Shown: positions 13,776 to 29,700, counted from the stretch's first letter. The stretch is 64,000 nt of DNA from Mobula hypostoma (GCF_963921235.1 NC_086100.1:201936001-202000000), one strand, 5' to 3'. Program-made: numbers and translations. Notes: generated by a model from the letters alone, not told the origin.

Positions 13776-16700
13776 ATGGTTTGTGTTGTCTGTGGTGTTT
13801 ATACACAGGAAACGTGAAGCTGAACGGTTTGTGTTGGCTGGTGTTTATACATAGGGAACATGAAGCTGTACGGTTTGTGTTGGCTGGTGTTTATACACAG
13901 GGAACGGGAAGCTGAACGGTTTGTGTTGACTGTGGTGTTTATACACGGAACGTGAAGCTGAACGCTTTGTGTTGACTGTGGTGTTTATACACAGGGAACG
14001 TGAAGCTGAACGGTTTGTGTTGACTGGTGTTTATACACAGGGAACGGGAAGCTGAACGCTTTGTGTTGACTGTGGTGTATATACACGGGGAACATGTAGC
14101 TGAACGGTTTGTGTTGACTGTGGTGTTTATACACAGGGAACGTGAAGCTGAACGGTTTGTGTTGACTGTGGTGTTTATACACAGGGAACAGGAAGCTGAA
14201 CGGTTTGTGTTGACTGGTGTTTATACACAGGGAACGTGAAGGTGAACAGTTTGTGTTGACTGGTGTTTATACACAGGGAACGGGAAGCTGAACGGTTTGT
14301 GTTGACTGTGGTGTTTATACACAGGGAACGTGAAGCTGAACGGTTTATGACTGTGGTGTTTATACACAGGAAACGTGAAGCTGAACAGTTTGTGCTGACT
14401 GTGGTGTTTATACACAGGAAACGGGAAGCTGAACGGTTTGTGTTGACTGTGGTGTTTATACACAGGGAACGTGAAGCTGAACAGTTTGTGTTGACTGGTG
14501 TTTATACACAGGGAACGTGAAGCTGAACGGTTTGTGTTGACTGGTGTTTATACACAGGAAACGTGAAGGTGTACGGTTTGTGTTGACTGTGGTGTTTATA
14601 CACGGGGAACGTGAAGCTGTGCGGTTTGTGTTGACTGTGGTGTTTATACACAGGGAACGGGAAGCTGAACGATTTGTGTTGACTGTGGTGTTTATACACG
14701 GGGAACATGCAGCTGAACGGTTTGTGTTGACTGGTGTTTATACACAGGAAATGTGAAGCTGAACGGTTTGTGTTGACTGTGGTGTTTATACACGGGGAAC
14801 GGGAAGCTGAACAGTTTGTGTTGACTGTGGTGTTTATACACAGGAAACGGGAAGCTGAACGGTTTGTGTTGACTGGTGTTTATACACAGGGAACGTGAAG
14901 CTGAACAGTTTGTGTTGACTGTGGTGTTTATACACAGGGAACGTGAAGCTGAACAGTTTGTGTTGACTGTGGTGTTTATACACGGGGATCGTGAAGCTGA
15001 ACAGTTTGTGTTGACTGCGGTGTTTATACACAGGGAACGTGAAGCTGAACGGTTTGTGTTGACTGTGGTGTTTATACACATGAAACGGGAAGCTGAACAG
15101 TTTGTGTTGACTGGTGTTTATACACAGGAAACGTGAAGTTGAACGGTTTGTGTTGGCTGGTGTTTATACATAGGGAATGTGAAGCTGAACGGTTTGTGTT
15201 TTATACACAGGGAACGTGAAGCTGAACGCTTTGTGTTGACTGCGGTGTTTATACACAGGGAACGTGAAGCTGAACGCTTTGTGTTGACTGTGGTGTTTAT
15301 ACACAGGGAACAGGAAGCTGAACGGTTTGTGTTGATTGGTGTTTATACACAGGAAACGTGAAGCTGTACGGTTTGTGTTGACTGTGGTGTTTATATACAG
15401 GAAACGGGAAGCTGAACGGTTTGTGTTGAATATGGTGTTTATACACAGGGAACGTGAAGCTGAACAGTTTGTGTTGACTGGTGTTTATACACAGGGAACG
15501 GAAAGCTGAACGGTTTGTGTTGACTGGTTTTTATACACAGGGAACGGGAAGCTGAACGGTTTGTGTTGACTGTGGTGTTTATACACAGGGAACGTGAAGC
15601 TGAACGGTTTGTGTTGACTGGTGTTTATACACATGGAACGTGAAGCTGAACTGTTTGTGTTGACTGGTGTTTATACACAGGGAACGTGAAGCTGAATGGT
15701 TTGTGTTGACTGTTGTGTTTATACACAGGAAATGTGAAGCTGAACGGTTTGTGTTGACTGGTGTTTATACACAGGAAACGTGAAGCTGAACGGTTTGTGT
15801 TGACTGTTGTGTTTATACACAGGAAACGTGAAGCTGAACGGTTTGTGTTGACTGGTGTTTATACACAGGAAACGTGAAGCTGTACGGTTTGTGTTGACTG
15901 TGGTGTTTGTACACAGGAAACGTGAAGCTGAACGGTTTGTGCTGACTGTGGTGTTTATACACAGGAAACGGGAAGCTGAACGGTTTGTGTTGACTGTGGT
16001 GTTTATACACAGGGAACGTGAAGCTGAACGGTTTGTGTTGACTGGTGTTTATACACAGGGAACGGGAAGCTGAACGGTTTGTGTTGACTGGTGTTTATAC
16101 ACGGGGAACGGGAAGCTAAACGGTTTGTGTTGACTGTGGTGTTTATACACAGGGAACGGGAAGCTTAACAGTTTTTGTTGACTGGTGTTTAAACACAGGA
16201 AATGTGAAGTTCAACGGTTTGTGTTGGCTGGTGTTTATACCCAGGGAACGTGAAGCTGAACGCTTTGTGTTGACTGTGGTGTTCATACACAGGAAACGGG
16301 AAGCTGAACGGTTTGTGTTGACTGGTGTTTATACACAGGGACGGGAAGTTGAACGGTTTGTGTTGACTGGTGTTTATACACAGGGAACGTGAAGCTGAAT
16401 GGTTTGTGTTGACTGTGGTGTTAATACACAGGGAACGTGAAGCTGAACGGTTTGTGTTGACTGTGGTGTTTATACACAGGGAACGTGAAGCTGAACGGTT
16501 TGTGAAGACTGGTGTTTATACACAGGGAACGTGAAGTTGAACGGTCTGTGTTGACTGGTGTTTATACACAGGGAACAGAAAGCTGAACGGTTTGTGTTGA
16601 CTGGTGTTTATACACAGGGAACATGAAGCTGAACAGTTTGTGTTGACTAGTGTTTATACACAGGAAACGTGAAGCTGAACGGTTTGTGTTGTCTGGTGTT

Positions 16701-17063
16701 TATACACAGGGAACGGGAAGCTGAACGGTTTGTGTTGTCTGGTGTTTATACACAGGGAACGGGAAGCTGAACGGTTTGTGTTGGCTGGTGTTTATACCCA
16801 GGGAACGTGAAGCTGAACGCTTTGTGTTGACTGTGGTGTTTATACACAGGAAACGGGAAGCTGAACGGTTTGTGTTGACTGTTGTTTATACACAGGGACG
16901 GGAAGTTGAACGGTTTGTGTTGACTGGTGTTTATACACAGGGAACGTGAAGCTGAATGGTTTGTGTTGACTGTGGTGTTAATACACAGGGAACGTGAAGC
17001 AGAACGGTTTGTGTTGACTGTGGTGTTTATACACAGGGAACGTGAAGCTGAACCGTTTGTGTT

Positions 17064-17201
17064 ACCTCGAAACATAGAAACATAGAAAATAGGTGCAGGA
17101 GTAGGCCATTCGGCCCTTCGAGTCTGCACCGCCATTTATGATGATCATGGCTGATCATCCAACTCAGAACCCCGCCCCAGCCTTCCCTCCATACCCCCTG
17201 A
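17064..17201 (-). mobile_element. 138-bp CR1 3' end in satellite, copy 5
   Basis: Same sequence and junctions. Confidence 0.9.
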
Positions 17202-18998
17202 ACGGTTTGTGTTGACTGTGGTGTTTATACACAGGAAATGTGAAGCTGAACGGTTTGTGTTGGCTGGTGTTTATACATAGGGAACATGAAGCTGTACGGT
17301 TTGTGTTGGCTGGTGTTTATGCACAGGGAACGGGAAGCTGAACGGTTTGTGTTGACTGTGGTGTTTATACACAGGGAACGTGAAGCTGAACGCTTTGTGT
17401 TGACTGTGGTGTTTATACACAGGGAACGGGAAGCTGAACGCTTTGTCTTGACTGTGGTGTATATACACGGGGAACATGTCGCTGAACGGTTTGTGTTGAC
17501 TGTGGTGTTTATACACAGGGAACGTGAAGCTGAACGGTTTGTGTTGACTGTGGTGTTTATACACAGGGAACAGGAAGCTGAACGGTTTGTGTTGACTGTG
17601 GTGTTTATACACAGGGAACGTGAAGCTGAACGGTTTGTGTTGACTGGTGTTTATACACAGGGAAACGTGAAGCTGAACGGTTTGTGTTGACTGTGGTGTT
17701 TATACACAGGAAACGGGAAGCTGAACGGTTTGTGTTGACTGTGGTGTTTATACACAGGGAACGTGAAGCTGAACAGTTTGTGTTGACTGTGGTGTTTATA
17801 CACAGGGAACGTGAAGCTGAACGGTTTGTGTTGACTGGTGTTTATACACAGGAAACGTGAAGCTAAACGGTTTGTGTTGACTGTGGTGTTTATACACAGG
17901 TAACGGTGAAGCTGAACGGTTTGTGTTGACTGTGGTGTTTATACACAGGGAAATGTGAAGCTGAACGGTTTGTGTTGATTGTGGAGTTTATACACAGGAA
18001 ACGGGAAGCTGAACGGTTTGTGTTGACTGTGGTGTTTATACACAGGAAACGTGAAGCTAAACGGTTTCTGTTGACTGCTGTTTATACTTAGGGAATGTGA
18101 AGCTGAACAGTTTGTGTTTTATACACAGGGAACGTGAAGCTGAATGCTTTGTGTTGACTGTGGTGTTTATACACAGGGAACGGGAAGCTGAACGGTTTGT
18201 GTTGACTGTGGTGTTTATACACAGGGAACAGTGTATCTAAACAGTTTGTGTTGACTGGTGTTTATACACAGGGAACGGGAAGCTGAACGGTTTGTGTTGA
18301 CTGTGGTGTTTATACACAGGGAAATGGGAAGCTGAACAGTTTGTGTTGACTGGTGTTTATACACAGGAAACGTGAAGCTGAACGGTTTGTGTTGTCTGGT
18401 GTTTATACACAGGGAACGGGAAGCTGAACGGTTTGTGTTGACTGGTGTTTATACACGGAACGGGAAGCTGAACGGTTTGTGTTGACTGGTGTTTATACAC
18501 AGGGAACGTGAAGCTGAACGGTTTGTGTTGACTGTGGTGTTTATACACAGGGAACGTGAAGCTGAACGGTTTGTGTTGACTGGTGTTTATACACAGGAAA
18601 CGTGAAGCTAAACGGTTTGTGTTGACTGTGGTGTTTATACACAGGGAACGGGAAGCTTAACAGTTTTTGTTGACTGGTGTTTAAACACAGGAAATGTGAA
18701 GTTCAACGGTTTGTGTTGGCTGGTGTTTATACCCAGGGAACGTGAAGCTGAACGCTTTGTGTTGACTGTGGTGTTTATACACAGGAAACGGGAAGCTGAA
18801 CGGTTTGTGTTGACTGGTGTTTATACACAGGGACGGGAAGTTGAACGGTTTGTGTTGACTGGTGTTTATACACAGGGAACGTGAAGCTGAATGGTTTGTG
18901 TTGACTGTGGTGTTAATACACAGGGAACGTGAAGCAGAACGGTTTGTGTTGACTGTGGTGTTTATACACAGGGAACGTGAAGCTGAACCGTTTGTGTT

Positions 18999-19136
18999 AC
19001 CTGGAAACATAGAAACATAGAAAATAGGTGCAGGAGTAGGCCATTCGGCCCTTCGAGTCTGCACCGCCATTTATTATGATCATGGCTGATCATCCAACTC
19101 AGAACCCCGCCCCAGCCTTCCCTCCATACCCCCTGA
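18999..19136 (-). mobile_element. 138-bp CR1 3' end in satellite, copy 6
   Basis: Same sequence and junctions. Confidence 0.9.
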
Positions 19137-22100
19137 ACGGTTTGTGTTGTCTGTGGTGTTTATACACAGGAAACGTGAAGCTGAACGGTTTGTGTTGGCT
19201 GGTGTTTATACATAGGGAACATGAAGCTGTACGGTTTGTGTTGGCTGGTGTTTATACACAGGGAACGGGAAGCTGAACGGTTTGTGTTGACTGTGGTGTT
19301 TATACACAGGGAACGTGAAGCTGAACGGTTTGTGTTGACTGTGGTGTTTATACACAGGGAACGTGAAGCTGAACGGTTTGTGTTGACTGTGGTGTTTATA
19401 CACAGGGAACAGGAAGCTGAACGGTTTGTGTTGACTGGTGTTTATACGCAGGGAACGTGAAGCTGAACAGTTTGTGTTGACTGTGGTGTTTATACACAGG
19501 GAACGGGAAGCTGAACGGTTTGTGTTGACTGTGGTGTTTATACACAGGGAACGTGAAGCTGAACGGTTTGTGTTGACTGTGGTGTTTATACACAGGAAAC
19601 GTGAAGCTGAACAGTTTGTGCTGACTGTGGTGTTTATACACAGGAAACGGGAAGCTGAACGGTTTGTGTTGACTGTGGTGTTTATACACAGGGAACGTGA
19701 AGCTGAACAGTTTGTGTTGACTGGTGTTTATACACAGGGAACGTGAAGCTGAACGGTTTGTGTTGACTGGTGTTTATACACAGGAAAGGTGAAGCTGTAC
19801 GGTTTGTGTTGACTGTGGTGTTTATACACAGAAAAGGTGAAGCTGAACGGTTTGTGTTGACTGTGGTGTTTATACACAGGGAAATGTGAAGCTGAACGGT
19901 TTGTGTTGATTGTGGAGTTTATACACAGGAAACGGGAAGCTGAACGGTTTGTGTTGACTGTGGTGTTTATACACAGGAAACGTGAAGCTAAACGGTTTCT
20001 GTTGACTGCTGTTTATACTTAGGGAATGTGAAGCTGAACGGTTTGTGTTGAGTGGTGTTTATACACAGGGAACGTGAAGCTGAACGATTTGTGTTGACTG
20101 TGGTGTTTATACACAGGGAACGGGAAGCTGAACGCTTTGTGTTGACTGTGGTGTTTATACACGGGGAACATGTAGCTGAACAGTTTGTGTTGGCTGGTGT
20201 TTATACACAGGGAACGGGAAGCTGAACGCTTTGTGTTGACTGTGGTGTTTATACACATGAAATGGGAAGCTGAACAGTTTGTGTTGACTGGTGTTTATAC
20301 ACAGGAAACGTGAAGCTGAACAGTTTGTGTTGACTGGTGTTTATACACAGGGAACAGGAAGCTGAACGGTTTGTGAAGACTGGTGTTTATACACAGGGAA
20401 CGTGAAGTTGAACGGTCTGTGTTGACTGGTGTTTATACACAGGGAACAGAAAGCTGAACGGTTTGTGTTGACTGGTGTTTATACACAGGGAACATGAAGC
20501 TGAACAGTTTGTGTTGACTAGTGTTTATACACAGGAAACGTGAAGCTGAACGGTTTGTCTTGTCTGGTGTTTATACACAGGGAACGGGAAGCTGAACGGT
20601 TTGTGTTGTCTGGTGTTTATACACAGGGAACGGGAAGCTGAACGGTTTGTGTTGACTGTGGTGTTTATACACAGGGAACGTGAAGCTGAACAGTTTGTGT
20701 TGACTGGTGTTTATACACAGGAAACGTGAAGCTAAACTGTTTGTGTTGACTGTGGTGTTTATATACAGGGAACGGGAAGCTGAACGGTTTGTGTTGACTG
20801 GTGTTTATACACAGGAAACGTGAAGCTGAACGGTTTGTGTTGACTGTGGTGTTTATACACAGGGAACGGGAAGCTGAACGGTTTGTGTTGACTGGTGTTT
20901 ATACACAGGGAACGGGAAGCTGAACGGTTTGTGTTGACTGGTGTTTATACACAGGGAACGTGAAGCTGAACGGTTTGTGTTGACTGTGGTGTTTATACAC
21001 AGGGAACGGGAAGCTGAACGGTTTGTGTTGACTGTGGTGTTTATACACAGGAAACGTGAAGCTGAACAGTTTGTGCTGACTGTGGTGTTTATACACAGGA
21101 AACGGGAAGCTGAACGGTTTGTGTTGACTGTGGTGTTTATACACAGGGAACGTGAAGCTGAACAGTTTGTGTTGACTGGTGTTTATACACAGGGAACGGG
21201 AAGCTGAACGGTTTGTGTTGACTGGTGTTTATACACAGGGAACGTGAAGCTGAACGGTTTGTGTTGACTGTGGTGTTTATACACAGGGAACGTGAAGCTG
21301 AACGGTTTGTGTTGACTGTGGTGTTTATACACAGGGAACGGGAAGCTGAACGGTTTGTGTTGACTGGTGTTTATACACAGGGAACGGGAAGCTGATCGGT
21401 TTGTGTTGACTGGTGTTTATACACAGGGAACGGGAAGCTGAACGGTTTGTGTTGACTGTGGTGTTTATACACAGGGAACGTGAAGCTGAACGGTTTGTGT
21501 TGACTGGTGTTTATACACAGGAAACGTGAAGCTGAACGGTTTGTGTTGACTGTGGTGTTTATACACAGGGAACGGGAAGCTGAACGGTTTGTGTTGACTG
21601 TGGTGTTTATACACAGGGAACGTGAAGCTGAACAGTTTGTGTTGACTGGTGTTTATACACAGGGAACGGGAAGCTGAACGGTTTGTGTTGACTGGTTTTT
21701 ATACACAGGGAACGTGAAGCTGAACGGTTTGTGTTGACTGTGGTGTTTATACACAGGGAACGTGAAGCTGAACGGTTTGTGTTGACTGTGGTGTTTATAC
21801 ACAGGAAACGTGAAGCTGAACGGTTTGTGTTGGCTGGTGTTTATACATAGGGAACATGAAGCTGTACGGTTTGTGTTGGCTGGTGTTTATACACAGGGAA
21901 CGGGAAGCTGAACGGTTTGTGTTGACTGTGGTGTTTATACACAGGGAACGTGAAGCTGAACGCTTTGTGTTGACTGTGGTGTTTATACACAGGGAACGTG
22001 AAGCTGAACGGTTTGTGTTGACTGGTGTTTATACACAGGGAACGGGAAGCTGAACGGTTTGTGTTGACTGTGGTGTTTATACACGGGGAACATGTAGCTG

Positions 22101-25100
22101 AACGGTTTGTGTTGACTGGTGTTTATACACAGGAAACGTGAAGCTGAACGGTTTGTGTTCACTGTGGTGTTTATACACAGGGAACGGGAAGCTGAACGGT
22201 TTGTGTTGACTGGTGTTTATACACAGGAAACGTGAAGCTGAACGGTTTGTGTTGACTGTGGTGTTTATACACAGGGAACCGGAAGCTGAACGGTTTGTGT
22301 TGACTGGTGTTTATACACAGGGAACGGGAAGCTGAACGGTTTGTGTTGACTGGTGTTTATACACAGGGAACGGGAAGCTGAACGGTTTGTGTTGACTGTG
22401 GTGTTTATACACAGGGAACAGGAAGCTGAACGGTTTGTGTTGACTGGTGTTTATACACAGGAAACGTGAAGCTGAACGGTTTGTGTTGACTGTGGTGTTT
22501 ATATACAGGAAACGGGAAGCTGAACGGTTTGTGTTGACTATGGTGTTTATACACAGGGAACGTGAAGCTGAACGGTTTGTGTTGACTGGTGTTTATACAC
22601 AGGGAACGGGAAGCTGAACGGTTTGTGTTGACTGGTGTTTATACACAGGGAACGTGAAGCTGAACGGTTTGTGTTGACTGTGGTGTTTATACACAGGGAA
22701 CGTGAAGCTGAACGGTTTGTGTTGACTGTGGTGTTTATACACAGGGAACGGGAAGCTGAACGGTTTGTGTTGACTGGTGTTTATACACAGGGAATGGGAA
22801 GCTGAACGGTTTGTGTTGACTGGTGTTTATACGCAGGGAACGGGAAGCTGAACGGTTTGTGTTGACTGTGGTGTTTATACACAGGGAAGAGGAAGCTGAA
22901 CGGTTTGTGTTGACTGGTGTTTATACACAGGAAACGTGAAGCTGTACGGTTTGTGTTGACTGTGGTTTTATACAGGAAACGGGAAGCTGAACGGTTTGTG
23001 TTGACTGTGGTGTTTATACACAGGGAACGTGAAGCTGAACAGTTTGTGTTGACTGGTGTTTATACACAGGGAACGGGAAGCTGAACGGTTTATGTTGACT
23101 GGTTTTTATACACAGGGAACGTGAAGCTGAACGGTTTGTGTTGACTGTGGTGTTTATACACAGGGAACGTGAAGCTGAACGGTTTGTGTTGACTGTGGTG
23201 TTTATACACAGGAAACGTGAAGCTGAACGGTTTGTGTTGGCTGGTGTTTATACATAGGGAACATGAAGCTGTACGGTTTGTGTTGGCTGGTGTTTATACA
23301 CAGGGAACGGGAAGCTGAACGGTTTGTGTTGACTGTGGTGTTTATACACAGGGAACGTGAAGCTGAACGCTTTGTGTTGACTGTGGTGTTTATACACAGG
23401 GAACGTGAAGCTGAACGGTTTGTGTTGACTGGTGTTTATACACAGGGAACGGGAAGCTGAACGCTTTGTGTTGACTGTGGTGTATATACACGGGGAACAT
23501 GTCGCTGAACGGTTTGTGTTGACTGTGGTGTTTATACACAGGGAACGTGAAGCTGAACGGTTTGTGTTGACTGTGGTGTTTATACACAGGGAACAGGAAG
23601 CTGAACGGTTTGTGTTGACTGGTGTTTATACACAGGGAACGTGAAGCTGAACAGTTTGTGTTGACTGGTGTTTATACACAGGGAACGGGAAGCTGAACGG
23701 TTTGTGTTGACTGTGGTGTTTATACACAGGGAACGTGAAGCTGAACGGTTTATGACTGTGGTGTTTATACACAGGAAACGTGAAGCTGAACAGTTTGTGC
23801 TGACTGTGGTGTTTATACACAGGAAACGGGAAGCTGAACGGTTTGTGTTGACTGTGGTGTTTATACACAGGGAACGTGAAGCTGAACGGTTTGTGTTGAC
23901 TGGTGTTTGTACACAGGGAACAGAAAGCTGAACGGTTTGTGTTGACTGGTGTTTATACACAGGGAACATGAAGCTGAACAGTTTGTGTTGACTAGTGTTT
24001 ATACACAGGAAACGTGAAGCTGAACGGTTTGTGTTGTCTGGTGTTTATACACAGGGAACGGGAAGCTGAACGGTTTGTGTTGTCTGGTGTTTATACACAG
24101 GGAACGGGAAGCTGAACGGTTTGTGTTGACTGGTGTTTATACACAGGGAACGGGAAGCTGAACAGTTTGTGTTGACTGGTGTTTATACACAGGGAACGTG
24201 AAGCTGAACGATTTGTGTTGACTGTGGTGTTTATACACAGGGAACGGGAAGCTGAACGGTTTGTGTTGACTGGTGTTTAAACACAGGAAACGTGAAGTTG
24301 AACGGTTTGTGTTGGCTGGTGTTTATACATAGGGAATGTGAAGCTGAACGGTTTGTGTTGACTGTGGTGTTTATACACAGGGAACGTGAAGCTGAACGCT
24401 TTGTGTTGACTGTGGTGTTTATACACGGGGAACATGTAGCTGAACGGTTTGTGTTGACTGGTGTTTATACACAGGGAACGGGAAGCTGAACGGTTTGTGT
24501 TGACTGGTGTTTATACACAGGAAAGGTGAAGCTGTACGGTTTGTGTTGACTGTGGTGTTTATACACAGAAAACGGGAAGCTGAACGGTTTGTGTTGACTG
24601 TGGTGTTTATACACAGGGAAATGTGAAGCTGAACGGTTTGTGTTGACTGTGGTGTTTATACACAGGGAACGGGAAGCTGAACGGTTTGTGTTGACTGTGG
24701 TGTTTATACACAGGGAACATGAAGCTGAACGGTTTGTGTTGACTGTGGTGTTTATACACAGGGAACGGGAAGCTGAACGGTTTGTGTTGACTATGGTGTT
24801 TATACACATGAAACGTGAAGCTGAACGGTTTGTGTTGACTGTGGTGTTTATACACAGGAATGTGAAGCTGAACGGTTTGTGTTTGTATACACAGTGAACG
24901 TGAAGCTGAACGGTTTGTGTTGACTGGTGTTTATACACAGGGAACGGGAAGCTGAACGGTTTGTGTTGACTGGTGTTTATGCACAGAGAACGGGAAGCTG
25001 AACGGTTTGTGTTGACTGGTGTTTATACACAGGGAACGGGAAGCTGAACGCTTTGTGTTGACTGGTGTTTATACACAGGGAACGTGAAGCTGAACGGTTT

Positions 25101-25901
25101 GTGTTGACTGTGGTGTTTATACACAGGAAACGGGAAGCTGAACTGTTTGTGTTGACTGGTGTTTATACACAGGGAACGTGAAGCTGAACGGTTTGTCTTG
25201 ACTGTGGTGTTTATACACAGGGAACAGGAAGCTGAACGGTTTGTGTTGACTGGTGTTTATACACAGGGAACGTGAAGCTGAACAGTTTGTGTTGACTGGT
25301 GTTTATACACAGGGAACGGGAAGCTGCACTGTTTGTGTTGACTGGTGTTTATACACAGGGAACGTGAAGCTGAACGGTTTGTCTTGACTGTGGTGTTTAT
25401 ACACAGGGAACAGGAAGCTGAACGGTTTGTCTTGACTGTGGTGTTTATACACAGGGAACAGGAAGCTGAACAGTTTGTGTTGACTGGTGTTTATACACAG
25501 GGAACGTGAAGCTGAACAGTTTGTGTTGACTGGTGTTTATACACAGGGAACGGGAAGCTGAACAGTTTGTGTTGACTGGTGTTTATACACAGGAAACGTG
25601 AAGCTGAACGGTTTGTGTTGACTGGTGTTTATACACAGGGAACGTGAAGCTGAACAGTTTGTGTTGGCTGGTGTTTATACACAGGGAATGTGAAGCTGAA
25701 CGGTTTGTGTTGACTGTGGTGTTTATACACAGGAAACGGGAAGCTGAACGGTTTGTTTTGACTGGTGTTTATACACAGGGAGCGTGAAGCTGAATGGTTT
25801 GTGTTGACTGTGGTGTTTATACACAGGGAGCGTGAAGCTGAATGGTTTGTGTTGACTGTGGTGTTTATACACAGGGAACGTGAAGCTGAACCGTTTGTGT
25901 T

Positions 25902-26039
25902 ACCAAGAAACATAGAAACATAGAAAATAGGTGCAGGATTAGGCCATTCGGCCCTTCGAGCCTGCACCGCCATTTATTATGATCATGGCTGATCATCCAA
26001 CTCAGAACCCCGCCCCAGCCTTCCCTCCATACCCCCTGA
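25902..26039 (-). mobile_element. 138-bp CR1 3' end in satellite, copy 7
   Basis: Same junctions; gagcctgcacc variant. Confidence 0.9.
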
Positions 26040-26617
26040 CCGGTTTGTGTTGACTGTGGTGTTTATACACAGGAAACGTGAAGCTGAACGGTTTGTGTTG
26101 GCTGGTGTTTATACACAGGGAACGTGAAGCTGTACGGTTTGTGTTGACTGTGGTGTTTATATACAGGAAACGGGAAGCTGAACGGTTTGTGTTGACTATG
26201 GTGTTTATACACAGGGAACGTGAAGCTGAACAGTTTGTGTTGACTGGTGTTTATACACAGGGAACGGGAAGCTGAACAGTTTGTGTTGACTGGTTTTTAT
26301 ACACAGGGAACGTGAAGCTGAACGGTTTGTGTTGACTGTGGTGTTTATACACAGGGAACGTGAAGTTGAACGGTTTGTGTTGACTGTGGTGTTTATACAC
26401 AGGAAACGGGAAGCTTAACAGATTTTGTTGACTGGTGTTTATACACAGGAAATGTGAAGTTGAACGGTTTGTGTTGGCTGGTGTTTATACACAGGGAACA
26501 TGAAGCTGAATGGTTTGTGTTGACTGTGGTGTTAATACACAGGGAACGTGAAGCTGAACGGTTTGTGTTGACTGTGGTGTTTATACACAGGGAACGTGAA
26601 GCTAAACCGTTTGTGTT

Positions 26618-26755
26618 ACCTCGAAACATAGAAACATAGAAAATAGGTGCAGGAGTAGGCCATTCGGCCCTTCGAGCCTGCACCGCCATTTATTATGATC
26701 ATGGCTGATCATCCAACTCAGAACCCCGCCCCAGCCTTCCCTCCATACCCCCTGA
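26618..26755 (-). mobile_element. 138-bp CR1 3' end in satellite, copy 8
   Basis: Same junctions; gagcctgcacc variant. Confidence 0.9.
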
Positions 26756-29700
26756 CCGGTTTGTGTTGACTGTGGTGTTTATACACAGGAAACGTGAAGC
26801 TGAACGGTTTGTGTTGGCTGGTGTTTATACATAGGGAATGTGAAGCTGAACGGTTTGTGTTTTATACACAGGGAACGTGAAGCTGAACGCTTTGTGTTGA
26901 CTGTGGTTTTTATACACAGGGAATGTGAAGCTGAACGGTTTGTGTTGACTGTGGTGTTTATACACAGGGAACGGGAAGCTGAACGGTTTGTGTTGACTGT
27001 GGTGTATATACACGGGGAACATGTAGCTGAACGGTTTGTGTTGACTGTGGTGTTTATACACAGGAAACGGGAAGCTGAACGGTTTGTGTTGACTGTGGTG
27101 TTTATACACAGGGAACGTGAAGCTGAACGTTTGTGTTGACTGTGGTGTTTATACACAGGGAACAGGAAGCTGAACGGTTTGTGTTGACTGGTGTTTATAC
27201 ACAGGGAACGTGAAGCTGAACGGTTTGTGTTGACTGTGGTGTTTATACACAGGGAACGTGAATCTGAACGGTTTATGACTGTGGTGTTTATACACAGGAA
27301 ACGGGAAGCTGAACGGTTTGTGTTGGCTGTGGTGTTTATACACAGGAAACGGGAAGCTGAACGGTTTGTGTTGACTGTGGTGTTGATACACAGGAAACGG
27401 GAAGCTGAACAGTTTGTGTTGACTGGTGTTTATACACATGGAACGTGAAGCTGAACGGTTTGTGTTGACTGGTGTTTATACACAGGGAACGTGAAGCTGA
27501 ACGGTTTGTGTTGACTGGTGTTTATACACAGGAAACGTGAAGCTGAACGGTTTGTGTTGACTGGTGTTTATACACAGGGAACATCAAGCTGAACAGTTTG
27601 TGTTGACTCGTGTTTATACACAGGAAACGTGAAGCTGAACGGTTTGTGTTGACTGTGGTGTTTGTACACAGGAAACGTGAAGCTGAACGGTTTGTGTTGA
27701 CTGTGGTGTTTATACACAGGGAACGTGAAGCTGAACGGTTTGTGTTGACTGTGGTGTTTATACACAGGGAACGTGAAGCTGAACGGTTTGTGTTGACTGG
27801 TGTTTATACACAGGAAACGTGAAGCTGAACGGTTTGTGTTCACTGTGGTGTTTATACACAGGGAACGGGAAGCTGAATAGTTTGTGTTGACTGTGGTGTT
27901 TGTACACAGGAAACGTGAAGCTGAACGGTTTGTGTTGACTGTGGTGTTTATACACAGGGAACGTGAAGCTGAACAGTTTGTGTTGACTGGTGTTTATACA
28001 CAGGGAACGGGAAGCTGAACGGTTTGTGTTGACTGTGGTGTTTATACACAGGGAACGTGAAGCTGAACAGTTTGTGTTGACTGTGGTGTTTATACACAGG
28101 AAACGTGAAGCTGAACAGTTTGTGTTGACTGTGGTGTTTATACACAGGGAACGGGAAGCTGAACGGTTTGTGTTGACTGTGGTGTTTATACACAGGGAAC
28201 GTGAAGCTGAACGGTTTGTGTTGACTGGTGTTTATACACAGGGAACAGAAAGCTGAACGGTTTGTGTTGACTGGTGTTTATACACAGGGAACATGAAGCT
28301 GAACAGTTTGTGTTGACTAGTGTTTATACACAGGAAACGTGAAGCTGAACGGTTTGTGTTGTCTGGTGTTTATACACAGGGAACGGGAAGCTGAACGGTT
28401 TGTGTTGTCTGGTGTTTATACACAGGGAACGGGAAGCTGAACGGTTTGTGTTGACTGTGGTGTTTATACACAGGGAACGGGAAGCTGAACGGTTTGTGTT
28501 GACTGGTGTTTATACACAGGGAACGTGAAGCTGAACGGTTTGTGTTGACTGTGGTGTTTATACACAGGGAACGTGAAGCTGAACGGTTTGTGTTGACTGG
28601 TGTTTATACACAGGAAACGTGAAGTTGAACGGTTTGTGTTGGCTGGTGTTTATACACAGGGAACATGAAGCTGAACAGTTTGTGTTGACTGGTGTTTATA
28701 CACAGGGAACGTGAAGCTGAACGCTTTTTGTTGACTGTGGTGTTTATACACGGGGAACATGAAGCTGAACGGTTTGTTTTGACTGGTGTTTATACACAGG
28801 GAACGGGAAGCTGAACGGTTTGTGTTGACTGGTGTTTATACACAGGAAAGGTGAAGCTGTACGGTTTGTGTTGACTGTGGTGTTTATACACAGAAAACGG
28901 GAAGCTGAACGGTTTGTTTTGACTGTGATGTTTATACACAGGGAAATGTGAAGCTGAACGGTTTGTGTTGATTGTGGTGTTTATACACAGGGAACGGGAA
29001 GCTGAACGGTTTGTGTTGACTGTGGTGTATATACACGGGGAACATGTTGCTGAACGGTTTGTGTTGACTGTGGTGTTTATACCCAGGGAACGGGAAGCTG
29101 AACGGTTTGTGTTGACTATGGTGTTTATACACATGAAACGTGAAGCTGAACGGTTTGTGTTGGTTGGTGTTTATTCATAAGGAATGTGAAGCTGAACGGT
29201 TTGTGTTTTATACACAGTGAACGTGAAGCTGAACGGTTTGTGTTGACTGGTGTTTATACACAGGGAACGGGAAGCTGAACGGTTTGTGTTGACTGGTGTT
29301 TATGCACAGGGAACGGGAAGCTGAACGGTTTGTGTTGACTGGTGTTTATACATGGGGAACGGGAAGCTGAACGCTTTGTGTTGACTGGTGTTTATACACA
29401 GGGAACGTGAAGCTGAACGGTTTGTGTTGACTGTGGTGTTTATACACAGGAAACGGGAAGCTGAACTGTTTGTGTTGGCTGTGGTGTTTATACACAGGAA
29501 ACGGGAAGCTGAACGGTTTGTGTTGACTGTGGTGTTGATACACAGGAAACGGGAAGCTGAACAGTTTGTGTTGACTGGTGTTTATACACATGGAACGTGA
29601 AGCTGAACGGTTTGTGTTGACTGGTGTTTATACACAGGGAACGTGAAGCTGAACGGTTTGTGTTGACTGGTGTTTATACACAGGAAACGTGAAGCTGTAC